From an uncultured Bifidobacteriaceae bacterium (GTDB lineage Bacteria > Verrucomicrobiota > Verrucomicrobiia > Limisphaerales > JADLHS01): a stretch of 41,395 nucleotides of DNA. The position numbers and the translations under genes were made by a program. Below are positions 19,001 to 29,233 of the stretch, piece by piece. Location of the stretch: assembly GCA_964574525.1 (NCBI GenBank), contig CAZNOE010000001.1, forward strand, positions 23,658 to 65,052. The letters run 5' to 3'. The notes under the pieces are model-generated. The model saw only the letters and a program-made list of their open reading frames with translations. It was not told the origin of the DNA and did not search any database. Position 1 is the stretch's first letter, and the number at the start of each line of letters is the position of its first letter.

Positions 19001-21369
19001 GCAACATCGTGGTCTTCGGCGAACAAGTGCAAGTCAACAACCTCGACACGCGCGCCTTCCGCGCGGACGGCCAGGCCGCGAACGGGTACGTTGACCTGCG
19101 TGCGCTCGACGCCAATGCCGGGTACGATACGACCAGTGCCGCCAACGCGTTTACGAACCGGCTTGTCCTCAATGGCAGCCTGCGACTGGCCGGCCTCGGG
19201 CCAAATCTCACCAGCATCGTCCGGCTCTACGGTGTGGTCGTCCAACTCAACGGCGGCTACTCGCTGGCACTGCCGGGCAACGGCCTCATTTCTTTTCGTG
19301 CCGGCGTACCCAACTTGGGAACGCCACCAGACGATTTGTTCATCAACGCTTCGTCGCAAAATCCGCCGGTCGGCCACGTCGTCAATTGGGATGGCGTGCC
19401 TCCGGCCAGCACCGGTCCCAGTTTCACGACCAACCCAATTGTCCTCAGTTCAGCTTTGGCTGGGCTTGCCTACAGCAACTCCATCGCCAGCCTGGCCACC
19501 GATCCCGACGGCAATCCGCTCGCTTACGCCAAAGGCTCCGGGCCTGCCTGGCTTCTGGTTGCGCTCGACGGCACGCTTTCCGGCACGCCGACTCTCGCTG
19601 ATGTCGGGACCAACACGTGGCTGGTTTCGGTTACCGATGGATCGCGCTCCGCGTTGGCCACGTTGAAGATCAAGGTCGGCTCCAAGCCGATTTTCACCGC
19701 AAGCCCGATCGTCAAAGCGGCTGCATCGCAAGGCATGCCTTACGCCGGCACGCTCGCGAATGTCACTTACGACCCGGATGGAGATACGCTGACCTTCGCG
19801 AAGGAGAGCGGATCTGGCTGGCTGACGGTCGCCGCGGACGGCGCTCTGTCGGGAACCCCGAATGGCTCCGACACTTTCACGAACTTGTGGATCGTCTCGG
19901 CAACGGATGGGTCTTCCTCGAATGCAGCCATGCTGCTGATCAACGTGTGCGGCGAACCGAAGTTCTTCGTGGATCCCGTCGCAAAAGAAGATGCCTGGGC
20001 CAGTAACAACTACGCCATCGCCGGTCAGACGCTTGCGAGCAGCGTCGCTGACCCTTGCGGTCAACCGTTGACCTTCGCCAAGGCTGGCGGGCCGTCGTGG
20101 TTGAGTGTTTCGCCGGATGGCTCCTTGTCCGGAACTCCAGCCAATGGAGATGCGGGCCTTAACACCTGGACCGTTACCGCCAACGATGGGACTTACACGG
20201 CGACTGGCGCGCTGCGCATTCTGGTGCATTCTGCTGCCACGAACATCGTGATTTCCACGGTCGAACAATGGGATGGCGTGCAGAACCCACATGCTGCAGA
20301 CGGAGTCACGTTAAGCGGATCTGGCACGGACGCGGACCCGGCGGTTTATACGATGGCCGCAAACATACGCATCACCTCGACGGGCGGGATTTCGATTAGC
20401 GCGCGCCCGCCGGCCGGCGGTCAGGACCAGCCGCCGGACAACACGGTGATGCTGAGGTTTCTTTCGGGCAACCTGCAGATGGACAATGGCGCCTTCATCA
20501 ATATCGCCCGTCGAAGTCGCAGCGGTGTCCGGCACGCGATCTTGAGCATGGGCCGCGGCAATATTACCGGCGCGGGCCGGATCAATGGACTTTGGGACAT
20601 CGTGTCCACCCCGCGAATCTTGACGATCAACGATGTCCATGACGTGAGCCTTAGCGGCATTGATCTGCATGTCGAGAATGTCAACAACAGCGGACGGCAC
20701 CTCACCATCACGGCTAGCGGCAAAGTTTCGATTTCGACGATTGATAACAGCGACCGCGATCTGATGGGCAACGACGCCGGAGATGTGAACATCAACGCCG
20801 AGGCGATCCTGGTCGGGGGGATCAATGTCGCTGCCTATCGGGCGGACGGAGTGGCCAAGAATGGAGATATTCGCTTGTCCGCCCTTGCGTCGCCGCTCTA
20901 TGACCTCACGGCGGCCGCGGCCAACACCGCGCAGAATCGCTTGGTCTTGACCGGTCTCGTATTCACCGCTGGAACGTCCACCAATCGGCCCGGCAATGTG
21001 ACGCTGGCCGGCGTCATCGTCGAAACCAAACCGGGCTTCCAATTGCAGATGCCGCCGACCGGCGCGCTGACGCTTAACGCCGGCATGTATCCCAACGGCG
21101 TCGGCGCCAAGGCAACCGACATGTTCATTGACCGGGCCGGCAGCGGGCTGACGCCAGCTTACATTGTGCAATGGTCCGGTCAGTTGTATCCGCGCCTGAC
21201 CATCACGCACAGCGGCACCAACGTTGTCCTGCAGTGGAATGTTGATGACTACACCTTGCAGGAGAATTCCACTCTGACGAATCCGCTTGGCTGGACCAAC
21301 CTGCCGGACCTCAGCCCGGCAACGCGCCCGGTTGGGTCCAATTCCGGATACTACCGATTGAAAAGGTAG
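16087..21369 (+). CDS. Giant secreted multidomain protein: LamG-like, GH32/43-like beta-propeller, beta-helix-like domain, 3 Ig-like repeats, beta-helix-like domain, C-terminal YRL-type domain
   Basis: WHHVAFT...LYLDG...LDELRIS (LamG); LFIDG...SRDGVNW...RLDGFVSL (propeller family); DPDG..L.F.K..GP.WL.V..DG.LSGTP three times. Start placed at GTG 16087 because the ORF-track start lies inside element 2. Confidence 0.85.
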   Translation: MVRNKTRNSWLADVRFLFACSGLWVVAMAEVSCLAQLPTARDTNIAALWLFDETNYTCTPLLDASPNQSDLRLLGAGQLTAGRYGNCLRLLPGTDFHAYYSEWDGSVVPRFMGRADGGPSGLWGPTITPGQLLAALAGLEWTCEFWLKLAAIPGIEAAVLHLGYGYDPGFAINLCGGAGYFSLTNAYGGWAAVCPIQNGSLTNGGWHHVAFTLSATGDRVKLYLDGQLQNGSTRSAIPLQPVPPTVYPASLATSHGVFDNTLNYELFRQNRFNLSLGEDRHGLSDLDGYLDELRISSLVRYQGNFALPGSFSRNYGSNPPPLAVVTGPPLLFGTGAPTGTVQLGARRHLFIDGALLDVTNNVRWTVNTPRVDVMSQIFSGDNSAVDHAGDVWLVTPDSYESDLGLTSLWESGDGTNFSAPNLGVINYAGSSNNNYILDWTPMWARAFKDRNPNIPTDERFKISAWVANSGIHLYTSPDLIHWSRNETIMLPLVSGGGAETFFDDQNGRYQFFIKRDPNMNTAGCATAAGRLGVGFTTRAVSKPWPFQPMPSPGFAGWASPAVTCEGPIVFGVNTYGEVYRTRTIKYEWAPDAYFAFLWRFTTATQVRQTELAISRDGVNWSGLAPLGMYLPTGLNVGGVTMVEGLCQQGLIRRGNVIWQYAEFNSGPHGNGAQKRNGRLVQRLDGFVSLDTTNTTGVARTRPLVFAGSFLTLNLDARNGVTRVALLNELGAPLPGYDLADCDPITTDSINHIVTWHGSSSLSNLAGSTVRLKLEMTRTKLYALQFGQPGPVVVDSAENWNGLENPHAVDGVTLTGAGTPANPYVYALPAGMTITANGVVRLSSDLAASNTSEDTTIRFFFAGGNLQMDAGAIIDVTRPTRSGQRDFLLDLNGGDMTGSGRIVGLRGPGNNRAQKPRNISITNVRDVNLLDSDLHTENSADALSGISIVARGKVAIQGKLDTSDLSTGGNAAGNIVVFGEQVQVNNLDTRAFRADGQAANGYVDLRALDANAGYDTTSAANAFTNRLVLNGSLRLAGLGPNLTSIVRLYGVVVQLNGGYSLALPGNGLISFRAGVPNLGTPPDDLFINASSQNPPVGHVVNWDGVPPASTGPSFTTNPIVLSSALAGLAYSNSIASLATDPDGNPLAYAKGSGPAWLLVALDGTLSGTPTLADVGTNTWLVSVTDGSRSALATLKIKVGSKPIFTASPIVKAAASQGMPYAGTLANVTYDPDGDTLTFAKESGSGWLTVAADGALSGTPNGSDTFTNLWIVSATDGSSSNAAMLLINVCGEPKFFVDPVAKEDAWASNNYAIAGQTLASSVADPCGQPLTFAKAGGPSWLSVSPDGSLSGTPANGDAGLNTWTVTANDGTYTATGALRILVHSAATNIVISTVEQWDGVQNPHAADGVTLSGSGTDADPAVYTMAANIRITSTGGISISARPPAGGQDQPPDNTVMLRFLSGNLQMDNGAFINIARRSRSGVRHAILSMGRGNITGAGRINGLWDIVSTPRILTINDVHDVSLSGIDLHVENVNNSGRHLTITASGKVSISTIDNSDRDLMGNDAGDVNINAEAILVGGINVAAYRADGVAKNGDIRLSALASPLYDLTAAAANTAQNRLVLTGLVFTAGTSTNRPGNVTLAGVIVETKPGFQLQMPPTGALTLNAGMYPNGVGAKATDMFIDRAGSGLTPAYIVQWSGQLYPRLTITHSGTNVVLQWNVDDYTLQENSTLTNPLGWTNLPDLSPATRPVGSNSGYYRLKR

Positions 21370-21391
21370 CGGGGATGACTGTTCCCATTGA

Positions 21392-22660
21392 ATGAAACGT
21401 CGCGAGGCATTGAAAAGTTTGGCCACACTAAGCTTGCTGCCAGCGGTCTCCTGCGTCCGGGTTCCCGGACACGATCGTCTCGTGTCGGAATCTGGTCGAG
21501 GCCACGAGCAGCAATGGGCAAAGCCGTTGGCGCAGAATTACCAGATTCTTGCGCAGTCACCCGACCCGCAAACAATTTTCATGGGTTCACCTTCGATCCT
21601 CAGCCACACCCACGGCCGCCTGGTCGCCAGTTTCGAGCAGTTCAGGAAGGAGGAATCCGATGGGAAGACACCGCAGTGCCGGATCATGACCAGTGACGAC
21701 GGCGGTCGGAGTTGGTTGCAGCGGGCGTCCAACCTCATCATGTGGGGCTCGCTGTTTGAGGTCGGCGGAGGCGTTTACATGATTGGCAATCACGTGCGCA
21801 GCCGCGATATCCTGGTGGCGCGCTCGGCAGATCACGGTCAAAGCTGGACCGAGCCGGTCGTCGTGGTCAAAGGCGCTTATGTCGGCGGCAGCACAAGCGT
21901 AGCGAAGAAGAACGGGTTTATCTATCGCGCCTTTGAAGAATCGCGTCCGCGAAACCAATGGCCCTCCCTCGTCGTGGCGGGTGACACGCAACGCGACCTG
22001 CTTGGCCCCCGCGCCTGGCGCAAATCCAATTCGGTTGATTACCCCGGCACGCCGCCCACCCTCAGCCGCGGCCGGTTCCCGGAAGATTACCCCAATCATA
22101 TCCCCGCCGATGGTTGGCTCGAAGGCAACGTGGTCGAAGTCGGTGGCCGTTTGCACGTGCTGTTGCGTGTGCGCATGGACGGTGAGGCCACCGCCGGCAT
22201 GGCCGCGGTTTGCGACCTTGAGGACGACGGCGCGGCGTTGAAACTGCGGTTTGGCCAATTCCATCCGATGCCTGGCGGTCAGTGCAAATTCCAGATCGTG
22301 AGGGACACCGCGACCGGGTATTATTGGACAACGGTGACGATCCCAACCGACACGATGCAAGACGCCAGGGTGATGTGGCAGAATGGTTTTTTCGGTTCGC
22401 CGGGAAACGAGCGACGCGTGTTGATGCTGATGTACAGCTTGGACGCGCTCAACTGGCTGATGGCGGGATGCGTCGCCATGAGCCAAAGTCCTCTCGAATC
22501 GTTCAGCTACGCATCACAAACCATCTCTGGCGAAGACCTGTTAGTCTTGGCCCGCACTTCGCGAGGCGGAAGGAATCAGCATGACACGAACATGATCACG
22601 CTCCATCGGGTCCGCGGCTTTCGACGACTGGCGCTCGATCTGCGACCGCATTATCCTTGA
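21392..22660 (+). CDS. BNR/Asp-box (sialidase-like) beta-propeller protein with Tat signal
   Basis: MKRREALK leader; Asp boxes SDDGGRSW, SADHGQSW, SLDALNW. Confidence 0.85.
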   Translation: MKRREALKSLATLSLLPAVSCVRVPGHDRLVSESGRGHEQQWAKPLAQNYQILAQSPDPQTIFMGSPSILSHTHGRLVASFEQFRKEESDGKTPQCRIMTSDDGGRSWLQRASNLIMWGSLFEVGGGVYMIGNHVRSRDILVARSADHGQSWTEPVVVVKGAYVGGSTSVAKKNGFIYRAFEESRPRNQWPSLVVAGDTQRDLLGPRAWRKSNSVDYPGTPPTLSRGRFPEDYPNHIPADGWLEGNVVEVGGRLHVLLRVRMDGEATAGMAAVCDLEDDGAALKLRFGQFHPMPGGQCKFQIVRDTATGYYWTTVTIPTDTMQDARVMWQNGFFGSPGNERRVLMLMYSLDALNWLMAGCVAMSQSPLESFSYASQTISGEDLLVLARTSRGGRNQHDTNMITLHRVRGFRRLALDLRPHYP

Positions 22661-23846
22661 GCCTGGCGTGGCGGCTTGCTCGAGCACGAACGCCCTCGGA
22701 GTCGTCCCGTCGGTTTGGCGACCAGAGCGCTGAAGAGGGTGGCCGGGTTACCATCGGTTGTTGCGAGCACTTGTCTGACAAGCAGTGCCGTTACGCCCAC
22801 GTCCGCGTCATTGAGAATCATGATGCCCGCGTGGTCATGCACTGGCGCTACGCCCTCTGCGACGTGCAATACAAGCTCGCCCGGAAGGATGGAATCAGCA
22901 GCACAGCGTTGTGGGCTGACGAGTAATATTCCATTTCCCCGGACGGTGTCGCCGTTCGCTATTCTCAAGTGCATGGCACGGATGAATGTAGCATCACGGA
23001 ACCGGAGGCCCTCAACAGTCCGAGCGAAAGAGTCGAGGACAATCTCGACGGGCAGGCGGTGACCTTGGCCAACCTGCGGGGGGACACCCGCAGCTTCAGT
23101 TGGAACCCTTGGCCCAACAACGACCGTGTCGGTGCGCCCTTCGACTATGCCCTGCCCGACGCCAACATCTGCATCGTGAACTTCAAGTCGCGCAGCAACC
23201 CCTTCTACACCTACGAGCCGGGCACCCGCATCATCCCCTACGGCGGCGGAACAATAGGGCTCCGTCCGGAGTATTCCAAGTTTCCCACCTGGAACCACTG
23301 GCCGGTTTCGCAGTACCCTTCCGACGGCCATTATCCGGTGGTTCCGGACTGCGTCACCAGCTCGGCGGTCACCTCGCCTGAACCACCGATGAACGTCGCG
23401 AGGATTTCGTGGAGGGCCGGTTCATCATGGGCTTGACTGACCAACCTGCGGCCAGGCTGGCCAAGCTGGCCAAGTCGTGGCTTTACGCGCCGGAACTCAA
23501 GGTGGGGCGGGGAGGTTGCAGCAGCGAGGGATATGATCCCACGCAACGGGCGTATGTTCTGGAATGCAAACGGCCCGGGCAACCGTCTGTCACGGATATC
23601 GAACTGGACGGCAACCCCTACCGGCCGGTCGTGAATCCCTGCCTCGTCTTCCATAACTGGGGCGACGCCGAAGTCACGCTCAAGGCGAACGGTCAGGAGG
23701 TGCCGCGGGGCAAGGACTTCCCCTTCGGCCAGCGCGATTCGTTGGAAGGCCGGGATTTGATTGTGTGGGTCAAGGTTGAATCGACCACATCGGCGCGCAT
23801 GCAACTCGCACCGGTTCCAAAACGCGCCTCCAAAGCCCTTCTGTGA
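22657..23846 (+). pseudogene. Fragmented hypothetical gene (apparently 5'-truncated, internal stop, frameshift)
   Basis: One frame reads through TAA 22924-22926 (WADE*YSISPDGVAVR) into ORF 22969-23436, then shifts near 23392-23405 into ORF 23409-23846. No convincing start or signal peptide. Confidence 0.7.
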
Positions 23847-23905
23847 AAGCGATTCGGTGAGGTCAAATAGGTTTCTGCAGTTTCGGCACAAGCCGCAGGC
23901 CTGGC

Positions 23906-24003
23906 TGGCACTTTCATCAAGAGATTTGGCGTTTTTGCCATCCCTGCCTGCTCGCCTGGCTGGCTACACTGGTTCACATGGACTCAACATCTGGATCGAA
24001 AGA
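23906..24003 (+). repeat. Direct repeat copy 1 (~97 bp; upstream region plus first 8 codons of the second DapA-like gene)
   Basis: TGGCAcTTTCATCAAGAGATTTGGCG...GGCTACACTGG...ATGGACTCAACATCTGGATCGAAAGA matches 28189-28285. Confidence 0.9.
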
Positions 24004-24172
24004 CGTGGGTAGCGTTATTTAATCGAATGTTTCAAGGCGGGAAAATCCAATCGCGCATGAACATGGATGAATACGATTTCGTCAGGTGTGGACATTGTCC
24101 CCCGGTCTCGCCAGTTTTAACGCAGAACCAAAGAATGTGAAACCGTTGCAACCAAGAAATCATGGCCCAAAG

Positions 24173-26708
24173 ATGACTTTGTTGTCACTCCAAGCCTTCG
24201 CGATTTTGACGGCAACCGCGTTTGCTGACGACGCAGATCCGTCCCGTCTCCCGCCACCTGCCAACGCAAAGGTGCAATTCATTCGAGATATTCAGCCGAT
24301 CTTCTCGAAGCATTGCTACACCTGCCACGGACCGGACAAGCAGGAAAGTGATTTACGTTTGGATGTAAAATCCGCCGCGCTGAAAGGCGGCGAGTCCGGC
24401 CAAGTCATCATCGCGGGCAAAAGCGCCGAGAGCCGGTTGATCCGACTCGTTGCCGGGTTGGAGAAAAATCTGGTCATGCCCAAAAAAGGCGAGCGTTTGA
24501 CGCCACAACAGCTTGGACTGCTCCGCGCATGGATTGATCAAGGTGCAATCTGGCCGGAGTCCACAGCCGTCGCTGCGGACACCGACAAATCCGACTGGTG
24601 GAGTTTCAAGCCCGCGACGCGCCCATCGTTGCCGAAAATCAAAAACCAAAAATGGCCGCGCAATCCGGTTGATCGCTTCATCCTCGCGAAACTTGAAGCG
24701 GAAGGAATGTCGCCGTCACCGGAGGCTGACCGGCGCACACTCATACGCCGGCTGAGTTTTGATCTGACTGGCCTGCCGCCTGCGCCGGAGGAGGTGGAAA
24801 CTTTTGTCCGTGATCGAAGCAAGCTGGCTTACGAGAAACTCGTGGACCGGTTGCTCGCCTCGCCGCGTTACGGCGAACGCTGGGCGCGGCATTGGTTGGA
24901 TACGGTTCACTACGGCGAGACGCACGGCTACGACAAGGACAAGCCGCGACCAAACGCCTGGCCGTATCGCGATTACGTGATCCGCGCGCTGAACGAGGAC
25001 AAGCCCTACTCGCGATTCGTCGAGGAACAACTGGCCGCCGATGTTCTTTTTCCCGACAAACTCGACGGAGTGGTCGCGCTGGGCTTCATCGCTGCCGCTC
25101 GACGAGGTGCGGCTCGTCCCCGTGCGTCCGGCTGATTTTCCAGCCCCGGATGGCTATGGGTTTCCTGTGCGCTTTCGCGTGGAGCTTTCGGAAAACGCGG
25201 ACTTCGTTTCGTCGGAAATTCTTGCCGACCCCACCGCTGCCGACTTCAAGAATCCTGGCAGGCAACCTGTTTCGTTTCCGTCGAAAAACAAACGCGCGCG
25301 CTACGCCCGCGTCACAGCCACGCGCCTGTGGGAGGCCTCGATTGATTACGTTTTCGCGCTTGCAGAACTGCAGGTTATTGTGAGCGGAACGAACGCGTCC
25401 CTCGGAGCAAGAGTGAGCGCGCTGGATTCGACCGAGGCGGAGAACTGGTCGACAAGATTCCTTGTGGACGGTTTTGACAGTCGCGTCAAGTTGCCCGATC
25501 CGCACCCCGTTGCAACGCTTGGCGAAAAAGAAAAACTGGAAGCCGAAGTCCAATCGCTCGCCGCGAATCGCAAGCAACTGGTCGAAGGATTGACGGACGA
25601 TGCCACACGCAAAGCACTGGCGCTGGTCTCGGATCAGTTGACCCGCATCGATGGCGATATCGCCGCGCTGCCGCCGCCAAAGAAAGTTTATGCGGCCGCC
25701 AGTGATTTCAAACGGGAGGGCACATTTATGCCCGCCAAAACGCCGCGTCCGGTATATTTGCTGGCGCGAGGCGACGTGAAAAAGCCCGGCGACTTGATGT
25801 CCGCCGCCGGGGTTTCCTGTGTTCCGGGCCCGGAGCCGCAGTTCAATGTTTCGGACGATGCAACCGAAGGTGCGCGCCGTGCTGCGCTCGCGAAGTGGAT
25901 TACCGATCCCAAAAACCTTTTGACGCGCCGTTCCATCGTGAACCGCGTCTGGCTGCATCATTTCGGTCGTGGCATTGTTGAGACACCGAATGACTTTGGT
26001 CACATGGGTGCGGTGCCCACGCATCCGGAGTTGCTCGACTGGCTGGCTTTTTGGTTTGTGGACAACGGCGAGTCGTTGAAGAAACTGCATCGGCTGATCG
26101 TCACCAGCGCCGTGTATCGGCAAAGCTCCGCGGTCAACCCTGAGTCCGCCAAACGTGACGGGGACAACCGTCTTCTTTGGCGGATGCCTCGCGTACGTCT
26201 TGATGCTGAAACCATCCACGACTCGATGCTCCAAGTTAGCGGCAAGCTTGACCTCGCCATGGGCGGGCCCTCGGTGCAGCATTTCTTTTTCAAGGATGAC
26301 CACTCGCCGGTATATGATTATACGCGATGCGATGTGGACAACCCGGCTGGAAACCGGCGTAGCATCTACCGATTCATCGTGCGCAGCGTTCCCGATCCGC
26401 TGATGGAGTCGCTGGATTGTCCCGACGCTTCGATTCTGACACCGAAGAGAAGTGTAACTGTTACCGCGTTACAGGCGCTGGCCATTCTGAACAACCCATT
26501 TGTGTTGCGCCAAAGCGAGCATCTGGCCGCGCGCGTTGCCAGTGCGGGCGACCTGAAGAAGCAAATAGAACAAGTCTATGAGCTGACGCTGAATCGTCCG
26601 CCGACAAAAACAGAGATGAAGAAGCTCGTTCCGTTTGCGGAAAAGCATGGGATGGCCAGCCTCTGCCGGCTCATTTTCAATACGTCTGAATTCATGTTTG
26701 TTGACTGA
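24173..26708 (+). pseudogene. Planctomycete cytochrome c / DUF1549 / discoidin-like / DUF1553 protein, broken by an internal deletion and frameshift near 25097
   Basis: CYTCHG heme motif, YGERWARHWLD (DUF1549) and NRVWLHHFGRGIV (DUF1553); after ALGFIAA the frame jumps to LDEVRLVP. Confidence 0.82.
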
Positions 26709-28185
26709 TGAACAATTCCACCTGCCACATCTGCTCCTCGCAACAAGCGCCGGTTCAACTCGGCGCGGAAGACACGCGGTTGGTTGATCGCCGCGAGTTT
26801 CTTTGGCGTTTCGGTGGCGGCTTGGGCGGTATCGCTATGGCGCATTTGCTGGGGCAACAGGGATTGCTTGCGGAGACACTGAAGCCGAAACCCGAGTTCA
26901 ATGGCGGTTTGCATCATCGCGCCAAGGCCAAGCGCGTTGTGCAGTTGTTCATGTCCGGAGCCGCCAGCCAGTGCGATACGTTTGATTACAAGCCCGCACT
27001 CATCAAACGCCACGGAGAGAAGTTCGATCCCGGCGGTAAGGTGGAATTGTTTCAAAGCGATCCGGGTGCAGTGATGAAAAGTCCGTGGGACTGGAAGCAA
27101 TACGGCCAGTGCGGCAAATGGATCAGCGACCTTGTGCCGCATATCGGCTCGTGCGCGGACGACATCGCGTTCATTCACTCGATGGTGTCGAAGTCCAACG
27201 TGCATGGCCCGGCGACATTCATGCAGAACACAGGGTTCGTGCTGCCAGGATTTCCCGCGATGGGTTCATGGATTTCCTACGGCCTCGGCAGCCTGACGGA
27301 CAACCTGCCGACGTTCGCGGACTCGCGCCAAACGGCGCGTCGAACTGGGGCGCGGGTTTTCTTCCTGCCGCACATCAAGGCACGATGATTCGAGTCGGAA
27401 AACCGAATCCGATCTACGATTTGTTCCCGCCACCGTCGGCAAAGTTCGTCACATCAGAAAGCGAGAAGGAAACGCAAGCATTACTGAAAGAGTTGAACCA
27501 GGCGCATCTGGCATCCCGCGCCGGTGATTCGCGACTGGACGCGCGCATCGCCTCGTACGAACTGGCCGCCAAGCTCCAGCTAAGCGCGCCCGAAGTACTC
27601 AATCTTGCCAGCGAATCAGCCGCGACCCGGAAGCTCTACGGTCTTGACGACAAAATCACAGAAGATTTCGGCACACGCTGTCTGGTTGCGCGACGGTTGC
27701 TGGAACGCGGCGTCCGGTTCGTGCAGATTTGGAGCGGTGCGGACAATGGTCATCCCCGCCGGAACTGGGACAGCCACGAAGATCTCGCCAAGGATCATCT
27801 CGACATGGCGCGCAGCATGGATCAACCGGCCGCCGCACTGGTCAAGGATTTGAAAGCACGGGGCCTGTTGGAGGACACGATTGTGATCTGGACGACGGAA
27901 TTTGGCCGGATGCCGTGCGGCCAGGGCAGCAAAGGCCGGGATCACAACCCATTTGCGTTCACGAGTTGGGTGGCGGGTGGCGGGTTCAAAGGCGGATTCT
28001 CATATGGTGAAAGCGACGAGTGGTCCTACAAAGCCGCGACCGATCCAACGTATTGCTACGATCTGCACGCAACGATCCTCCACCAACTCGGCATTGATCA
28101 CACCAAACTGGCATTTCGTCATAACGGAATTGACCGTCGCCTCACCGATGTGCATGGCGAAGTGATCCACGACCTGATCGTTTAA
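26708..28185 (+). pseudogene. DUF1501 protein, frameshifted near 27316
   Basis: RREFL Tat leader, LFMSGAASQCDTFDYKP, WDSH, EFGRMP, GRDH; split between ORFs 26708-27388 and 27085-28185. Confidence 0.85.
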
Positions 28186-28188
28186 TGG

Positions 28189-28285
28189 TGGCATTTTCAT
28201 CAAGAGATTTGGCGCTTTTGCCATCCCTCGCTGTACACGTGGCAGGCTACACTGGGTCAATGGACTCAACATCTGGATCGAAAGA
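28189..28285 (+). repeat. Direct repeat copy 2 (native upstream region and start of the second DapA-like gene)
   Basis: Matches 23906-24003 with scattered mismatches; the last 26 nt are identical. Confidence 0.9.
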
Positions 28286-29197
28286 AAATCTGCATTGGAA
28301 GAAACATCCGTGGGGTGGCGTCATCCCGGCCACATTGTGTGCCTTCCGCAAAGACGAAACGGTGGATGGCGAGGCGGTTGATCGCTACATCACCGAGCTT
28401 GCCAAGGTGCCAGGGATTACCGGGCTGACGTGCAACGGCCACACCGGCGAGATCATGTCGCTGCGGCCACCCGAGCGGGCTGCCGTCACCCGCGTCGTCG
28501 CGGGTGCCGTGCGCAAGACCGGTCGAAATGTAAAAGTGATTTTCGGGGTCATGTGTGAAGGCAGCCTGGACGCGATTGATCATGGGCGGGCGGCCAAGGA
28601 GGCGGGCGCAGACGCGATCCTGCTGATGCCGCCACATCGGCGGGCGCGGATATTCCGATCGTGATCCATCAATACCCCGCCTGGACAAAAGCAGGCTACA
28701 GCCTGTCCGAGATGCTCGAGATGGTGAAAATCCCACAGGTCGTCTCAATCAAAATGGGCACCCGCGATCTTTCGCGTTGGCGTCATGATTACGAAAAACT
28801 CAAAGCGGCGGCTCCCCACGTCACAATCATCACCTGTCACGATGAGTTTCTTTATTCCACATTGGTTGAAGGCGCGGATGGGGCGCTCATAGGATTCGCC
28901 GGATTCGTTCCCGAGTTGATGGTCGAACTCGTTCATTCTGCGCTCGATGGCGACACGCCTCGCGCTCGCAAAGCACAGGAACTGGTGTCCCCGCTGGCGC
29001 GTCTCATTTATGGCTGTGGAGAGCCGGGTTGTAGTGCGCACCAACGGATGAAGACGTGTCTCTGGCTCATGGGGAAATTTGCCAGCCCGCGATGCCGTCG
29101 CCCGCTCCGGCCCATGGCTCGGGAGGACATTGAGCGCCTGCGAACAGCACTGGAAATCTTGGGATTCCGGTGTCCGACCGACCCGACTTCCGCCTGA
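28260..29197 (+). pseudogene. Second DapA-family aldolase, frameshifted by an internal deletion at 28638/28639
   Basis: Close paralog of 10029-11108; the 20 residues HWLRFGRSSRTAVGFVEDVA are replaced by 2 nt, about a 58-nt deletion if lengths were equal. Confidence 0.87.
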
Positions 29198-29233
29198 CCC
29201 GACAATCAGCCAACGCATCCTTCTCAACTGTTT

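Noticed and set aside
19410-20235. Repeated DNA here and at about 830-1630 as a CRISPR or non-coding repeat
   Set aside because: Degenerate, in-frame coding repeats of Ig-like domains.
25041-28664. Programmed ribosomal frameshifting at the split genes
   Set aside because: No slippery sequences at the junctions, and conserved coding sequence is missing, which indicates deletions.
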